From positions 1,247-65,246 of the forward strand of contig VGEH01000004.1 in the NCBI GenBank assembly GCA_016869375.1: a DNA stretch of 64,000 nt, in the 5' to 3' direction. Source of the stretch: Alphaproteobacteria bacterium. GTDB lineage: Bacteria; Pseudomonadota; Alphaproteobacteria; SHVZ01. Shown piece after piece: positions 63,286 through 64,000 of the stretch. The notes beneath the pieces were generated by a model, which saw nothing but the letters and a program-made list of their open reading frames with translations, was not told the origin of the DNA and did not search any database. The number at the start of each line of letters is the position of its first letter. Position 1 is the first letter of the stretch. Both the position numbers and the translations under genes were made by a program.

Positions 63286-64000
63286 ATGGTTCGTTCGGCC
63301 CTCTTTGCGATGCTGGTGATTGCGGCCGGTTCCGGAACTGCCGCGGCCGGCGAGCGCGTGGTCGGCATCACGCCGGTCGGTCGGTCCGAGTCGCTGCCGG
63401 CGACATTGCTCACGCCGGACGGGAAGGGGCCGTTCCCGGCGATCGTCATGCTGCATGATTGTTCGGGGCTCGGTCCTCGCTCGAGCGGCGCACCGAGGCG
63501 CTGGGCCGACGAACTCCTCGCCCAAGGCTTCGTCGTCATCCTTCCGGACAGCTTCGGGCCGCGCGACCTGCCGAACGGCATCTGCACCGAGGATCCCGCG
63601 CGCTCCCGCGCCGCCGGACCGCTCGTTCGTGCTGCCGACGCGTATGGCGCGCTCGCCTATCTCCGTGCCTTGCCTGAGGTCGACGGCAAGCGCGTCGGCG
63701 TCATGGGCGGATCGCATGGCGGCTTCTCGACGCTTGCCATCATGTATGTGCAGATCGACCGGAACAATCCGCTCGGACACGCCAAGCGCGACGGCTTCGC
63801 CGCCGCGATCGCCCTTTATCCCGCCTGCGGCAGCCGCTTCGGCACCTGGATCGTTCACCGCGAAGACGGAAATCGCGGCCTCATCACGGGCTATTCCGGC
63901 GCCTATCAGCCTATCGCGCCGCTGCTGATCCTGATCGGCGAAGCCGATGACTGGACGCCGGCGGAGCCCTGCATCCGTCTCGCTGAAGCATCGCAAGCGG
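63286..64000 (+). CDS. Dienelactone hydrolase family alpha/beta hydrolase; 3' end lies outside the window
   Basis: Signal-like N-terminus MVRSALFAMLVIAAGSGTAAAG, PAIVMLHDCSG, and nucleophile elbow GVMGGSHGG. The frame is open to the window end and is absent from the ORF track because it has no stop. Confidence 0.75.
   Translation, partial: MVRSALFAMLVIAAGSGTAAAGERVVGITPVGRSESLPATLLTPDGKGPFPAIVMLHDCSGLGPRSSGAPRRWADELLAQGFVVILPDSFGPRDLPNGICTEDPARSRAAGPLVRAADAYGALAYLRALPEVDGKRVGVMGGSHGGFSTLAIMYVQIDRNNPLGHAKRDGFAAAIALYPACGSRFGTWIVHREDGNRGLITGYSGAYQPIAPLLILIGEADDWTPAEPCIRLAEASQA

Noticed and set aside
1-64000. Search by eye for CRISPR arrays, tRNA/rRNA genes, IS elements, integrases, phage genes, toxin-antitoxin pairs or known defence genes
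   Set aside because: None were found. Non-coding gaps are nearly all shorter than 200 nt. None shows tRNA-like cloverleaf sequence, direct-repeat arrays or terminal inverted repeats. The composition looks uniform, so I do not call a genomic island.

Overview
The window is very GC-rich (about two-thirds G+C by eye, not computed) and almost entirely coding. Gene content and synteny look alphaproteobacterial, resembling Hyphomicrobiales/Rhizobiales. I call about 60 protein genes. Many same-strand neighbours are coupled through ATGA/GTGA overlaps, and several convergent pairs overlap at their stop codons.

Gene order:
- Tail of a Liv-type ABC importer.
- A TIGR04076-like small protein with two aldo/keto reductases, one fused to RidA.
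- cobG-cobH-cobI-cbiG::cobJ on the minus strand.
- exoD followed by an alternative heme-copper oxidase module.
- An M81/MlrC peptidase with a peptide ABC importer.
- An MFS+DMT pair.
- A roughly 9 kb orphan catabolic island: acyl-CoA synthetase, GGT-like, HpcH aldolase, DMT, PTE-like hydrolase, PaaK-like ligase, crotonase, NIPSNAP.
- A DUF4862-like protein, AraC and DUF2000.
- LemA and an M48 protease.
- An SDR and a formamidase next to a CrbS/CrbR-like two-component system (SSS-domain hybrid kinase plus LuxR-type regulator).
- A GMC oxidoreductase.
- A yybP-ykoY Mn riboswitch controlling a UPF0016/GDT1 transporter.
- A DUF1285-NUDIX-small membrane protein-CCA operon, divergent from a MoxR-DUF58-BatA_N/DUF4159-membrane protein operon.
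- LysR, a small ORF, and a nitrilase-family/GATase1/HisRS block.
- bfr and bfd, two small ORFs, and a truncated dienelactone-hydrolase gene.

I saw no rRNA, tRNA, CRISPR, transposase, integrase, phage or recognisable defence genes, so the region looks like core chromosome. Most long extra ORFs in the six-frame track are antisense or alternate-frame shadows typical of high-GC DNA.

The blocks least explained by characterised biology are:
- (i) the MoxR/DUF58/DUF4159 envelope operon and its divergent partner operon;
- (ii) the orphan CoA-dependent catabolic island at 26.4-35 kb;
- (iii) the TIGR04076/AKR/AKR-RidA trio;
- (iv) the alternative oxidase module.

All family names come from reading motifs in the translations. 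No database search was run.
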